Below are positions 1 through 7,806 of a stretch of DNA of 39,345 nucleotides, one piece after another. Every line of letters starts with the position of its first letter. Position 1 is the stretch's first letter. Made by a program: the position numbers and the translations under genes. This DNA comes from a virus, in the UHGV virus genome UHGV-0210810. One strand, written 5' to 3'. A model generated the notes under the pieces. The model was not told the origin of the DNA and did no database searches. It saw nothing but the letters and a program-made list of their open reading frames with translations.

Positions 1-122
1 ATTTCTTTCAGCCATAACCTATTGCCCTTTCTCTTAACAATCTCAAATTCACACTCTCTCGGAAACAAAATTTCCTGTTCTTGTTCATTATATGTGCGAA
101 TATCTCTCGGGGTCACCCCCTG
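1..122 (-). pseudogene. Remnant C-terminal tip of an ADP-ribosyltransferase (ExE-type) toxin domain; stop codon lies across the junction at 39344..39342
   Basis: Manual translation QGVTPRDIRTYNEQEQEILFPRECEFEIVKRKGNRLWLKEI*; EQEILFPR resembles the ART catalytic ExE motif; the N-terminal part of the domain is absent. Confidence 0.7.
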
Positions 123-193
123 TCAAACCATCGGCGTGTGGACGGGTACGAAATCTTCCACCTCGAATCCCCTTTTTATCTTATTAACTGCCT

Positions 194-433
194 CTAAAGA
201 ATCTCAAAATCAACTTCACCTATCAGCTCTTCCAAAGATTTTCCGTGAAAAAAGCTATCAGTCATTACTGTTTCTATATCCTTGTATTCTTTTGTCTCAC
301 TCCCATACCATGCTTGAAATGTTGGTATAAAGTCATTCACCCTTGATGTAATTCCTGCACTTTTCCCACGATAGGAAAATACAACTTCATTACAACAATC
401 AGATAGAATTTGCTTTAAAATTTGCTTTGTCAT
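194..433 (-). CDS. Orphan putative immunity protein (paralogue of 515..763)
   Basis: 79 aa acidic protein; shares FSY.G...GI and FF..GK[ST]L..[IL]I.E with 515..763; ATGA overlap with a toxin-tip remnant. Confidence 0.7.
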   Translation of the reverse strand: MTKQILKQILSDCCNEVVFSYRGKSAGITSRVNDFIPTFQAWYGSETKEYKDIETVMTDSFFHGKSLEELIGEVDFEIL

Positions 434-513
434 AAAATATCTGTATTCTCCTTTCTTTCTTCTTCACTCAGTTCTCTTATAGTTGCACAAATTCTTTTAA
501 GGTTAGCATTAGC
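430..513 (-). pseudogene. Remnant C-terminal tip of a MuF toxin variant
   Basis: Translates ANANLKRICATIRELSEEERKENTDIL*; last 15 aa are 12/15 identical to the MuF toxin end RILSETERKENSDIL*. Confidence 0.8.
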
Positions 514-514
514 A

Positions 515-763
515 TTAACCTTCCTCTATCTCTGTGATGATGCTACGCAAAGTTTTACCATCAATAAAAAAGCCATCCAACAAAGATTCAGGATTTGGGA
601 AAATATGTTCCTCATATCCATACTCGTCTTTCCGATACGCCAACGGTCCTTCCTCATACCACGCAAGAATACCATATCCAATCCCGTGATAAGAAAACTC
701 TATATCCTCTTTCATGTCACAGTCATCAAGAAATTCCTGTATGTCTTTATATTTTGCTGCCAT
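515..763 (-). CDS. Putative cognate immunity protein of the MuF toxin
   Basis: 82 aa acidic ORF (MAAKYKDIQEF...) with a GAGGTG RBS, starting 10 nt after the MuF stop. Confidence 0.72.
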   Translation of the reverse strand: MAAKYKDIQEFLDDCDMKEDIEFSYHGIGYGILAWYEEGPLAYRKDEYGYEEHIFPNPESLLDGFFIDGKTLRSIITEIEEG

Positions 764-773
764 CCTGCACCTC

Positions 774-2204
774 TTATAAAATATCGCTGTTTTCTTTGCG
801 TTCCGTTTCTGATAAAATCCTTTGTTCTCCTCGTGTAGCTTTTTCTCCTTCCCATACCCAATCATGGGCATGGGCACCCATTGGATGGTGTTTTGCGTTT
901 CCGTGGTCAGAGGTATCAATATCCTTTTTTGCTCTGCCTTCCTCGTCATACCATCTTCTTGTTTTTATTATACCATCTTTTCCAGAAACATCAACGATAG
1001 AATTTGATTCTCCCTTTTTGTTTGCTTTTGTTTGTACTATCTTTGTTTCAACCAATCTTTTTTCTGGAACCAGAGTTTTTCTGATATAGGTTTCATACCA
1101 CTCCTCATACTTCATGTCGGCAGGAACGGTAATCGGGTTGTCCTCTGCGTCCCTTGCTGCCCTTGTCATCCGGGCGGTGTCGGTCGTCGGGTAGTGTGGC
1201 ACCGCTACCGTGCGGCAGTTGACATGAAACGGCGGATAGTTTACCCCTACAACCACCCTGTCTGCACTGTAAGCTGCCTGCCGGTACTCGCTGCCGGTCT
1301 TGCGGTACTCTGCCAGCACATCTCCGCCGGTATAGATACCAAAGATGCAGCCGTCCAGAGATTGGCAGATGGGGGTCGTGCGAATATCCAGCGTTGCCGT
1401 AAGCTCGTAGTATGGTGCGCCCATCTCCCGATAGGCTTTCAGCCTTGCCTGGTTGGCAGCATAGCTCGCTTCGTTGTACAGCAGGCGGTAGGCTTCGTAC
1501 TTTTTGCCGCTGCCGATGACCTTGCCGTCCTTTCCCACCTGCACTGCACCGATTGCTTTGCCCAGCTCCTCTGCAAAGTACTGCGGCGGTTTGCCCTCGA
1601 TGAACATTTGGTTGAGATACTGCCGGATTTTAAAGCCGCTGTCGATGTCCTGCCTCCACAACCTTGTGGAGATGTCTGCGCCCATCACCGGGGAGGTGAG
1701 GACCTGTTCTATAAAACTTTCCGGGACTTTCGAGAATTTGAGCACCCTTCCGGTGGAAACAGAAAGGTCATACTGGCTGTGATAGTATTCTTCGAGCGTG
1801 ACCCGCTCTGTGGTTTCCTGTATAACCTTCTGCTGTTTCTGATATAATTCCTGTAGCGTTGCATCCACCTGCATCAGCAGCGCTTCCAGACGGTTCAGGC
1901 GGATTTTCATGGAGATGTTTTCTACTTCGAGATGAAAGGTCCCGATGCTCTGGCGGGCAAGCTTTTCATACTCGGCAAGATTACCTTTAAATTCTGCAAG
2001 CTCTTTGCGGCTTAACAGCTGCTTTGCCTGTGCCAGGGTGATTTCGTTATTTTTTGCATACCGCCCGTAAAAGGCATACATCTCTGCAACAATTTCCTTT
2101 TTTGCCTGCTCAAAGGCTTTCAGCATCTCCGGGATTGCCTGCCGAACCGCCTGTTCATAGCGTTCTACCGAGCGTTTTGCCCGCTCCTCCCAATAATGGT
2201 CCAT
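774..2204 (-). CDS. MuF (SPP1 gp7-like) minor head protein with C-terminal polymorphic toxin domain
   Basis: Directly after portal; MuF motifs TLDIRTTPICQSLDG and PPFHVNCRT; AT-rich ~100 aa extension containing RRWYD..G..DID..DHGN..HHP..AHAHDW (Ntox24-like, unconfirmed). Confidence 0.88.
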   Translation of the reverse strand: MDHYWEERAKRSVERYEQAVRQAIPEMLKAFEQAKKEIVAEMYAFYGRYAKNNEITLAQAKQLLSRKELAEFKGNLAEYEKLARQSIGTFHLEVENISMKIRLNRLEALLMQVDATLQELYQKQQKVIQETTERVTLEEYYHSQYDLSVSTGRVLKFSKVPESFIEQVLTSPVMGADISTRLWRQDIDSGFKIRQYLNQMFIEGKPPQYFAEELGKAIGAVQVGKDGKVIGSGKKYEAYRLLYNEASYAANQARLKAYREMGAPYYELTATLDIRTTPICQSLDGCIFGIYTGGDVLAEYRKTGSEYRQAAYSADRVVVGVNYPPFHVNCRTVAVPHYPTTDTARMTRAARDAEDNPITVPADMKYEEWYETYIRKTLVPEKRLVETKIVQTKANKKGESNSIVDVSGKDGIIKTRRWYDEEGRAKKDIDTSDHGNAKHHPMGAHAHDWVWEGEKATRGEQRILSETERKENSDIL

Positions 2205-2207
2205 TCT

Positions 2208-3668
2208 TTACACCTCTGGTTCGTCGGCAAACTGGTCCAGCAGATTCTGCATCCGCTGTGCTTCCTCCTGTTGCACTAAGGTGTCCTCCAGATCAGGGTC
2301 GTCGATGTCCGGGTGCAGGCGGCGTTTGGTGTAGTTGGACATCACTTCTGACGGGGTGCTTGCCAGGCGGTTGACCGTTTCGTTTGCATCCTTCGGTTTG
2401 TTTCGGGTCCACGACTGGATGATTTTTTGCTTGGTGTCTCTGCCCAAATAGCGCAGGATTGCACGCACCAGCCGGTTGAGCGACGAGCGGAACTCTGTTT
2501 CCATCAAGCCCGCCTTCAGCTCTAACAGGTGGTACATATGGTCCACATAAGCGCCGGTTGCCTGTCCGGTGCGCTCGGGGTTCGGGTCAACGCCCATCCC
2601 CGCTACATAGATTTGCTTTTGCAGCATGGTCAGCGCAACGTCGCGCGCCTCGGTCGGAATTTCCAGCGATAATTTATCTACCCCGCCGGTGCCGTCCACT
2701 GTAAGATATTTCTGCGCCTTGATTTGCTGCAACAGATTCACCGGTTTTTTTACCTCTTCCAGCAGCGGGTCGCCGTCAGCGTCCAGCTTCTCGTTTCCTT
2801 CTGCATCACGCACCGGCACCCAGAGACTGTCCTCCGATTCGCCGGTCAGGTCCTTGAGCACCAAAACAATCTCCTGAATGTCGTCCAGGTCATTGATAAA
2901 TCCAGACACGACCTTGTCGTAGGCATCCACCAATCCCTTGTACTTGAGCAGGTCGCTTGCCTTGCGCTCGTTGTTTGCAAATTCGATAAAGGGGATTTCG
3001 CCAAATTCATTCGGCATTCGGGTAACTTCCCTGCCGCCCACAATGACCGGCTCTTCCTCCATTGTCTCACCGTTGACAAAAACAACTTCCTGCTGATCCC
3101 ACACCTCATAGTGGACCACATCGTTGCCGTCTGCGTTTTGCAGATTGTATGCGCGCACAAGGGCAATCGTTTCTTTGCCAATGTCCATCGGGTTGTAAAA
3201 AGCTGCGCACTGGTCCGCTTCCAGAGCTGCCATCCGAAACACACCGTCGCTGTCCACCCAGTATTCCAGCCAGGCTGTCCCTGCGTTGGTCGCATAGGTC
3301 CCCAGCCGAGAGAGCACCTTTGCGTACTCGTCCCCCAAGGTGTCGTTGACCTCCTCGGACAATTCCTTATCCTTTCCGATGGTGAACACCGGCGGATAGG
3401 TCAATACATAGGCGTTTTTCTGGACGGTCAGAATCTCATGCCAGTTGGTGGAAATGCGGTTATCTGCCGAGCGCAGAGGGTTTTGCCCAATACCCTGTAA
3501 ATATCCATTGACCGCGTCGATTACCGCCGCTCCGGTGCGCTTAATGTCATCCTCGTTGTTGTAGTACCTGTTGCCCAAAGCCACCTTGCTGCGCCACTCG
3601 CTCAACTTTGTTTGGGCTTTGTCGATATATTCGATTGCTTTATTAAGCTCTATTTTCATCACCTCCAA
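2208..3668 (-). CDS. Portal protein, SPP1 gp6 family (start uncertain, 3659-3668)
   Basis: FGEIPFIEFANNE...SDL..YK.LVDAYD motif; lies after terL. Confidence 0.92.
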   Translation of the reverse strand: MEVMKIELNKAIEYIDKAQTKLSEWRSKVALGNRYYNNEDDIKRTGAAVIDAVNGYLQGIGQNPLRSADNRISTNWHEILTVQKNAYVLTYPPVFTIGKDKELSEEVNDTLGDEYAKVLSRLGTYATNAGTAWLEYWVDSDGVFRMAALEADQCAAFYNPMDIGKETIALVRAYNLQNADGNDVVHYEVWDQQEVVFVNGETMEEEPVIVGGREVTRMPNEFGEIPFIEFANNERKASDLLKYKGLVDAYDKVVSGFINDLDDIQEIVLVLKDLTGESEDSLWVPVRDAEGNEKLDADGDPLLEEVKKPVNLLQQIKAQKYLTVDGTGGVDKLSLEIPTEARDVALTMLQKQIYVAGMGVDPNPERTGQATGAYVDHMYHLLELKAGLMETEFRSSLNRLVRAILRYLGRDTKQKIIQSWTRNKPKDANETVNRLASTPSEVMSNYTKRRLHPDIDDPDLEDTLVQQEEAQRMQNLLDQFADEPEV

Positions 3669-4905
3669 CTCTCAAGCCACCCTGCTTGTACAGGATGGTG
3701 TTGACAAAATACCGCATATCATCCATCGCATGGTCGGACGATTTGACCGGCTTATCCTCACCCTTGTCGCTCGCCTTGCTGTCCCACACATAAGCGCCAA
3801 ACTCATCAAAGATGTCGTGGCAACCATCACAAAACAAAAGCCGCCCGGCATTAAGCTCGGCGGCTGTGTTGCGGATTCCATCCAGCACATCGTTGTTCGC
3901 TTCCTTTGTGCGGAATCTGCCGTGTTTTTTGATTGTCTGGATAAAGCTGGCAGCACTCGGGTCCACAATCACCGCGCGCACCGCCTGAAACGGCTGAGCC
4001 GATGGGATATTCTCTTTTACCAATCGCTTCAGCTCCTGATAGTGCTCCTCGTCGGTTCTGGGTCCTCGCTCCCTGCCGTCGTAGTAGCTGTCTGCCACCC
4101 GATACCATTTGCGGTTGTACAGTCCCCACAAGCCCATCGACGTCGGGTTGCTTGTGCCGTAGTCGATGGAGATGTAATACTTGCTGTATGGACGCGGCTT
4201 GCTTTTTACAATGTGCCTGTTCTTGTCAAACTGCGGGTAAATGATGCCGTCCGCCGCTACCCAAAGCCCTCTTACATATCGATCGTAAAACACACCGCTG
4301 TAGGTGGTGCGGTATCGCTCCTTAATTTCCTCTGACAGTGCCGGATTGTCGTCCAGCTCGAAGTGCAGGTGCAGTGCATTGTGGCGCTCTGCCTGTTGAA
4401 TCCACTCTTTGTAAAACCAGTGGTTCGGACTGTCCGGGTTGCAGTTAAACCAAAACCGGCTCCCGTCTACGCTGCATCTTGCCAATGCCTGCTCTACAAA
4501 AGAGCGGGTTTGCAAGGCAACCTCATCAAACAGCACACCGGCAAGGGTGCGTCCCTGAATCAGAGCGAAGGAGCTTTCGTCCTTGCCGCCAAACACCTCG
4601 AAGATGTTTTGCTTTTTGCCTTGGGTCACAATCATTGTTTTGTCCGCCCTGCGCCAGCTGATGCGATACTTTTCCCGCACCAGCTTGATTCCCAAGTACG
4701 GTTCGATGATGTTTTTGATTGCCGATTCCACCGTTTTTCCGCAGATGGCAAACCGCTGGCGGTCATATCTGCGCATGGCATCGTCCACAAAAGCAATCGA
4801 CATAAACGACGTCTTGCCGGAACGCACCGCGCCGTCTGCAATCAGCGCATCGTAGGAAGTAAACGGAAAGGCAAGAATCTGTCTTTGCTTTTTACTGATT
4901 GGCAT
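3643..4905 (-). CDS. terL: Terminase large subunit, PBSX family
   Basis: Walker A DGAVRSGKT, Walker B LFDEV, CNP motif, nuclease motifs IDYGT, VDPSA and DHAMDD. Confidence 0.95.
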   Translation of the reverse strand: MPISKKQRQILAFPFTSYDALIADGAVRSGKTSFMSIAFVDDAMRRYDRQRFAICGKTVESAIKNIIEPYLGIKLVREKYRISWRRADKTMIVTQGKKQNIFEVFGGKDESSFALIQGRTLAGVLFDEVALQTRSFVEQALARCSVDGSRFWFNCNPDSPNHWFYKEWIQQAERHNALHLHFELDDNPALSEEIKERYRTTYSGVFYDRYVRGLWVAADGIIYPQFDKNRHIVKSKPRPYSKYYISIDYGTSNPTSMGLWGLYNRKWYRVADSYYDGRERGPRTDEEHYQELKRLVKENIPSAQPFQAVRAVIVDPSAASFIQTIKKHGRFRTKEANNDVLDGIRNTAAELNAGRLLFCDGCHDIFDEFGAYVWDSKASDKGEDKPVKSSDHAMDDMRYFVNTILYKQGGLRVGGDENRA

Positions 4906-5317
4906 TTTCTTCCATCCTTTCCGCCTCTTCTTTCAGCGCTTTTGTCAGCGGGTCCTCTGCCATCTGCTCTGCCTTGTTTGTGCTCATGGTAAATTTATCA
5001 ATCAAAGTCCCCAGCGCCGTTGTAAGCTGCGCAGGGGTCGCCTTTGCAATCTTTTCGTCATCCAGCAGCGCATCCAGATATTTGTCCATGATGCTGCACA
5101 CCTTGTCCCGCTTTTGTTCCATGTGCTCCAGAAGCTCGGCGGTGTTCTGCTCTTTTTTAAGCTCGAATTCTTTCGCAATCTCCGAATTAGACGAAACAAT
5201 TTTGCGAACGGTATTATCCGAAACCCCGTGTGCCTTTGCCACAGCACTGTAATTTTCCAGTTCCATATAATCAGCTAAAATTTTCTTTTTCTCTCTATCC
5301 GTCAAACGCTTTGCCAT
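4892..5317 (-). CDS. terS: Terminase small subunit (N-terminal HTH)
   Basis: HTH YSAVAKAHGVSDNTVRKIV; overlaps the terL start. Confidence 0.75.
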   Translation of the reverse strand: MAKRLTDREKKKILADYMELENYSAVAKAHGVSDNTVRKIVSSNSEIAKEFELKKEQNTAELLEHMEQKRDKVCSIMDKYLDALLDDEKIAKATPAQLTTALGTLIDKFTMSTNKAEQMAEDPLTKALKEEAERMEENANQ

Positions 5318-5473
5318 TTCTGACCACCGCACCCTCTTTCGCATTGGATTTTTTGCTGTATATCTTTTGTATCACCGTCCAAAACGGCATAAAAAAAGCC
5401 GGAACTCATCATCTGAATCCGGCTGATAATATTAAATTTTCCGCATAAATAAGCCATTTTTCTTCAAAATCTA

Positions 5474-5502
5474 TTGACATACCGCAACCGGTATAATATA
5501 AT
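5474..5502 (+). promoter_or_regulatory. Probable sigmaA promoter of the small-peptide moron
   Basis: TTGACA at 5474 followed by TATAATAAT at 5494-5502 (spacing imperfect). Confidence 0.5.
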
Positions 5503-5519
5503 AGAATCAATAAAGGAAG

Positions 5520-5648
5520 GTGAAACGGATAGGCAAGAAAAAGAAAAAAGCCCAAGAGCATCGACTCAAACGACTGAAAGAAATTCTCGAAATCGTATCG
5601 CTGATTACTGGAATCATCTCAGCTGTTTACTCAATGCTTAAGGGCTAA
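5520..5648 (+). CDS. Small Lys-rich/hydrophobic membrane peptide, type I toxin-like
   Basis: Manual translation MKRIGKKKKKAQEHRLKRLKEILEIVSLITGIISAVYSMLKG* (GTG at 5520 or ATA at 5529); followed by a GGGGAGCG...CGCTCCCC hairpin. Confidence 0.6.
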   Translation: MKRIGKKKKKAQEHRLKRLKEILEIVSLITGIISAVYSMLKG

Positions 5649-5694
5649 CAGAGTGGGGAGCGGGTTCGCCGCTCGCTCCCCTATCTCTAAACCT

Positions 5695-5723
5695 ATTATA
5701 ACCCATCCGCTCACAATGTACAA
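5695..5723 (-). promoter_or_regulatory. Antisense promoter facing the small-peptide gene
   Basis: TTGTAC-N17-TATAAT on the minus strand. Confidence 0.55.
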
Positions 5724-5889
5724 GAAATATTTTAGAAATATCCCACTGTATCTGTTGACTGCTGTCAACATCATCCAAGGAATCCGCGTTGGCTTTGATT
5801 GGTTCATGGTCCTTGCGTTGGTTCCTGCAATCATTGTCATTATTTGGGACATTTGGGAGGTCATCACACATGGAAACAAAAGACATTAA
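5716..5889 (+). CDS. Small two-TM membrane protein
   Basis: MYKKYFRNIPLYLLTAV...; two hydrophobic stretches; overlaps the next gene. Confidence 0.55.
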   Translation: MYKKYFRNIPLYLLTAVNIIQGIRVGFDWFMVLALVPAIIVIIWDIWEVITHGNKRH

Positions 5890-6055
5890 GCTTTCCCCCC
5901 AAAAAGGAGGACATGGTCATATCACCAGCTATTCGGTCAATCTGGGCAGCGCAGAGGTCCGTTCCTGCGGCTTCCTCGATGAAAACGGTTCTCCATTGCC
6001 GGTCGAAAAGGTGGTCGACTGTGAACATCACCAAATCATCATTCGCTTAAAATAA
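5870..6055 (+). CDS. Small AbrB/MazE-like DNA-binding protein (putative)
   Basis: GGGAGG RBS; IKLSPQKGGHGHITSYSVNLGSAEVRSCGF pattern suggests a swapped-hairpin fold. Confidence 0.5.
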   Translation: METKDIKLSPQKGGHGHITSYSVNLGSAEVRSCGFLDENGSPLPVEKVVDCEHHQIIIRLK

Positions 6056-6116
6056 TCCCATGCAAAACTCTTGAAGGCAGGTGAAAAAAGTGGATGAAAC
6101 CACATCCACAAGGAAA

Positions 6117-6278
6117 ATGAAAATCAAAACACTCCGTATTTTGCTTATTGCTCTGGTCGTCCTAAACATTCTCGGCGGGGACTTTACAAATCCGTCTATT
6201 TGGGATGGAATCAAGTTTATCCTCCTGGCTGTCTGCCTGATTTTATCCTTCAGAAAGGAGGAAAAAAGCCATGCTTAA
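6117..6278 (+). CDS. Small two-TM membrane protein
   Basis: MKIKTLRILLIALVVLNIL...FILLAVCLIL; overlaps the HTH gene. Confidence 0.6.
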   Translation: MKIKTLRILLIALVVLNILGGDFTNPSIWDGIKFILLAVCLILSFRKEEKSHA

Positions 6279-6468
6279 ACTTCGAGAAATCCGCAAATCA
6301 AAGGATCTGAGCGTGCCGGAGCTTTCGCGTCAAAGCGGTGTTCCCAAACGCACCATAGAGGACATCGAAGCCCGCGGTGACTGCCGTATCTCAACTGCCT
6401 TTGCTTTGTGCATGGCAATGAATATCACCCTCGATGAAATCTACGAACCTGACCCCAAAGCCGAATAG
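6271..6468 (+). CDS. XRE-family HTH regulator
   Basis: LREIRKSKDLSVPELSRQSGVPKRTIEDIE; AAAGGAGG RBS. Confidence 0.85.
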   Translation: MLKLREIRKSKDLSVPELSRQSGVPKRTIEDIEARGDCRISTAFALCMAMNITLDEIYEPDPKAE

Positions 6469-6480
6469 CCCTTAACAGCA

Positions 6481-6515
6481 AGCCCGCTTGTCTTTATGAT
6501 AGGCGGGTTTTCTTT
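6481..6515 (+). terminator. Intrinsic terminator of the moron
   Basis: AGCCCGCTT...AGGCGGGTT stem followed by a T-run. Confidence 0.7.
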
Positions 6516-6604
6516 ATAGAGCAAAAGCCACACCCGAAGGCATGGCTCTTGTCTGAAAGGAGGTCTTACAATGAACTCGAATATGAGATTTTGTCTTTTA
6601 CGCT

Positions 6605-6660
6605 AGTATAATCATACCATACTGTCAAGGGTGTCTTCTAGTGTCTTTTAGTGTCTTTTT
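6605..6660 (-). promoter_or_regulatory. Putative late promoter with three 10-bp-phased activator repeats
   Basis: GTGTCTT at 6631, 6641 and 6651, upstream of an extended -10 (TGgTATGAT or TATACT) at the 3' end of the ArpU-like gene. Confidence 0.6.
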
Positions 6661-7071
6661 GCCTAAATCGCTCGGTAACAAAGATAATGCCTTGCCATGT
6701 ATCTTGAGTATGTACCGGTAATCATACCCCATCATCAATGCAATCTCCTCCCATTTTTTGCCGTTGATGTAGCGATATTCCAGTAAGGTCTGCAGGGTGC
6801 TATCCTCCACCGCACGGATGATGCCCTCAATCTCCTTGCGCTTTTCCACCAACTTATCAATCTCTGCATTGATTTCTGTTTCCAAGTCTACAATTTTGGA
6901 AATTGCCCCCTGTGTGCCTCCCCCTCCTCCCCCTCTGGGCATCCCCGAGAGATTAGGGCTCACTCTGGTTGCCAGCTCTCGCCATTGCTGCTGTTCCAGT
7001 AGCAGGCGGTTGATACGTTGGTTGAGGCGTTGGTATCCTAAGAGGTATTCTTTTTTCTCCTGATTATTCAT
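6625..7071 (-). CDS. ArpU/RinA-like late transcriptional activator (DUF1492-type)
   Basis: KKEYL..Y, LSGMPRG and LLEYRYING.KWEEIA..MGY..R sigma-region-4-like HTH; last early gene. Confidence 0.85.
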   Translation of the reverse strand: MNNQEKKEYLLGYQRLNQRINRLLLEQQQWRELATRVSPNLSGMPRGGGGGGTQGAISKIVDLETEINAEIDKLVEKRKEIEGIIRAVEDSTLQTLLEYRYINGKKWEEIALMMGYDYRYILKIHGKALSLLPSDLGKKTLKDTRRHP

Positions 7072-7282
7072 CCATCAATCCCGATTCCTTTCTGCTGTCC
7101 ATCGCCGCCCGAAAGAGTGCATCATTTTCCCGCTGGAGCTCGTCCAGCTTGTCCGCCGCCTCCCTGAGCACCCTGCACCCATGGATACCGCAGTTGTGCT
7201 CAAATCCGCACCCAAGGCAATTCAGGGTGCCCGTGTTCACCGCCATCCTGCGCAGGGCTTTGATGATTTCTTGGGTTTTCAT
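7064..7282 (-). CDS. Hypothetical Cys-rich early protein
   Basis: Translationally coupled ORF with CLGCGFEHNCGIHGC. Confidence 0.65.
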   Translation of the reverse strand: MKTQEIIKALRRMAVNTGTLNCLGCGFEHNCGIHGCRVLREAADKLDELQRENDALFRAAMDSRKESGLMDE

Positions 7283-7293
7283 CGAGATTCCTC

Positions 7294-7806
7294 CTAATCC
7301 ATCCTACTCTCAAATTTTGTAAAATACCAAAGCAGTTCGTCCTTAAATTCTTTGATGGCTTGTTCGGCGTGTTCTTCGGTATCAAAGTATATTTCTTCTA
7401 AACCTCTACCAAAAATACAAAAATCAACACCTAATTCATCATCTTCATAATCGTAGATAATGTAATACTTTTTAGTTTCTGGATTTCTCCAATCCACCTT
7501 CTCGCACAATTCTGCACTCCTGCGCCACAATTTACGCTGGAGGGTTTGTGCTCTGGCGATGTTTTTTGCAAGTGTTTCATCGGTGCAATAGTTTGCACAT
7601 TCGTAACGAGTGCTATCGAGTGAATTACCCAATTCTGTTGTCTTAGACGATTCAGCTAGATTACAATAAAAATACTTCTCCCCTCTTTCCACTCTCTCCC
7701 AACCAGTTTTCTTTTTCTCTGCCTGTTTCAAAACCTCAACCTGTTCTTCGGTGAGTTCGAGTTCGATTGGCTTGCCGTTGTATGTACCTGTGAGTTTCAT
7801 AGTCAT
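7294..7806 (-). CDS. Hypothetical early phage protein
   Basis: KTGWERV..GEKYF and IYFDTEEHAEQAI; ATGA coupling. Confidence 0.7.
   Translation of the reverse strand: MTMKLTGTYNGKPIELELTEEQVEVLKQAEKKKTGWERVERGEKYFYCNLAESSKTTELGNSLDSTRYECANYCTDETLAKNIARAQTLQRKLWRRSAELCEKVDWRNPETKKYYIIYDYEDDELGVDFCIFGRGLEEIYFDTEEHAEQAIKEFKDELLWYFTKFESRMD

Noticed and set aside
764..949. N-terminal 62 aa of the 515..949 ORF
   Set aside because: Overlaps the MuF toxin in another frame; the RBS supports a start at 763
1032..5252. Long plus-strand ORFs opposite MuF, portal and terminase
   Set aside because: Antisense shadows of GC-rich genes with no recognisable motifs
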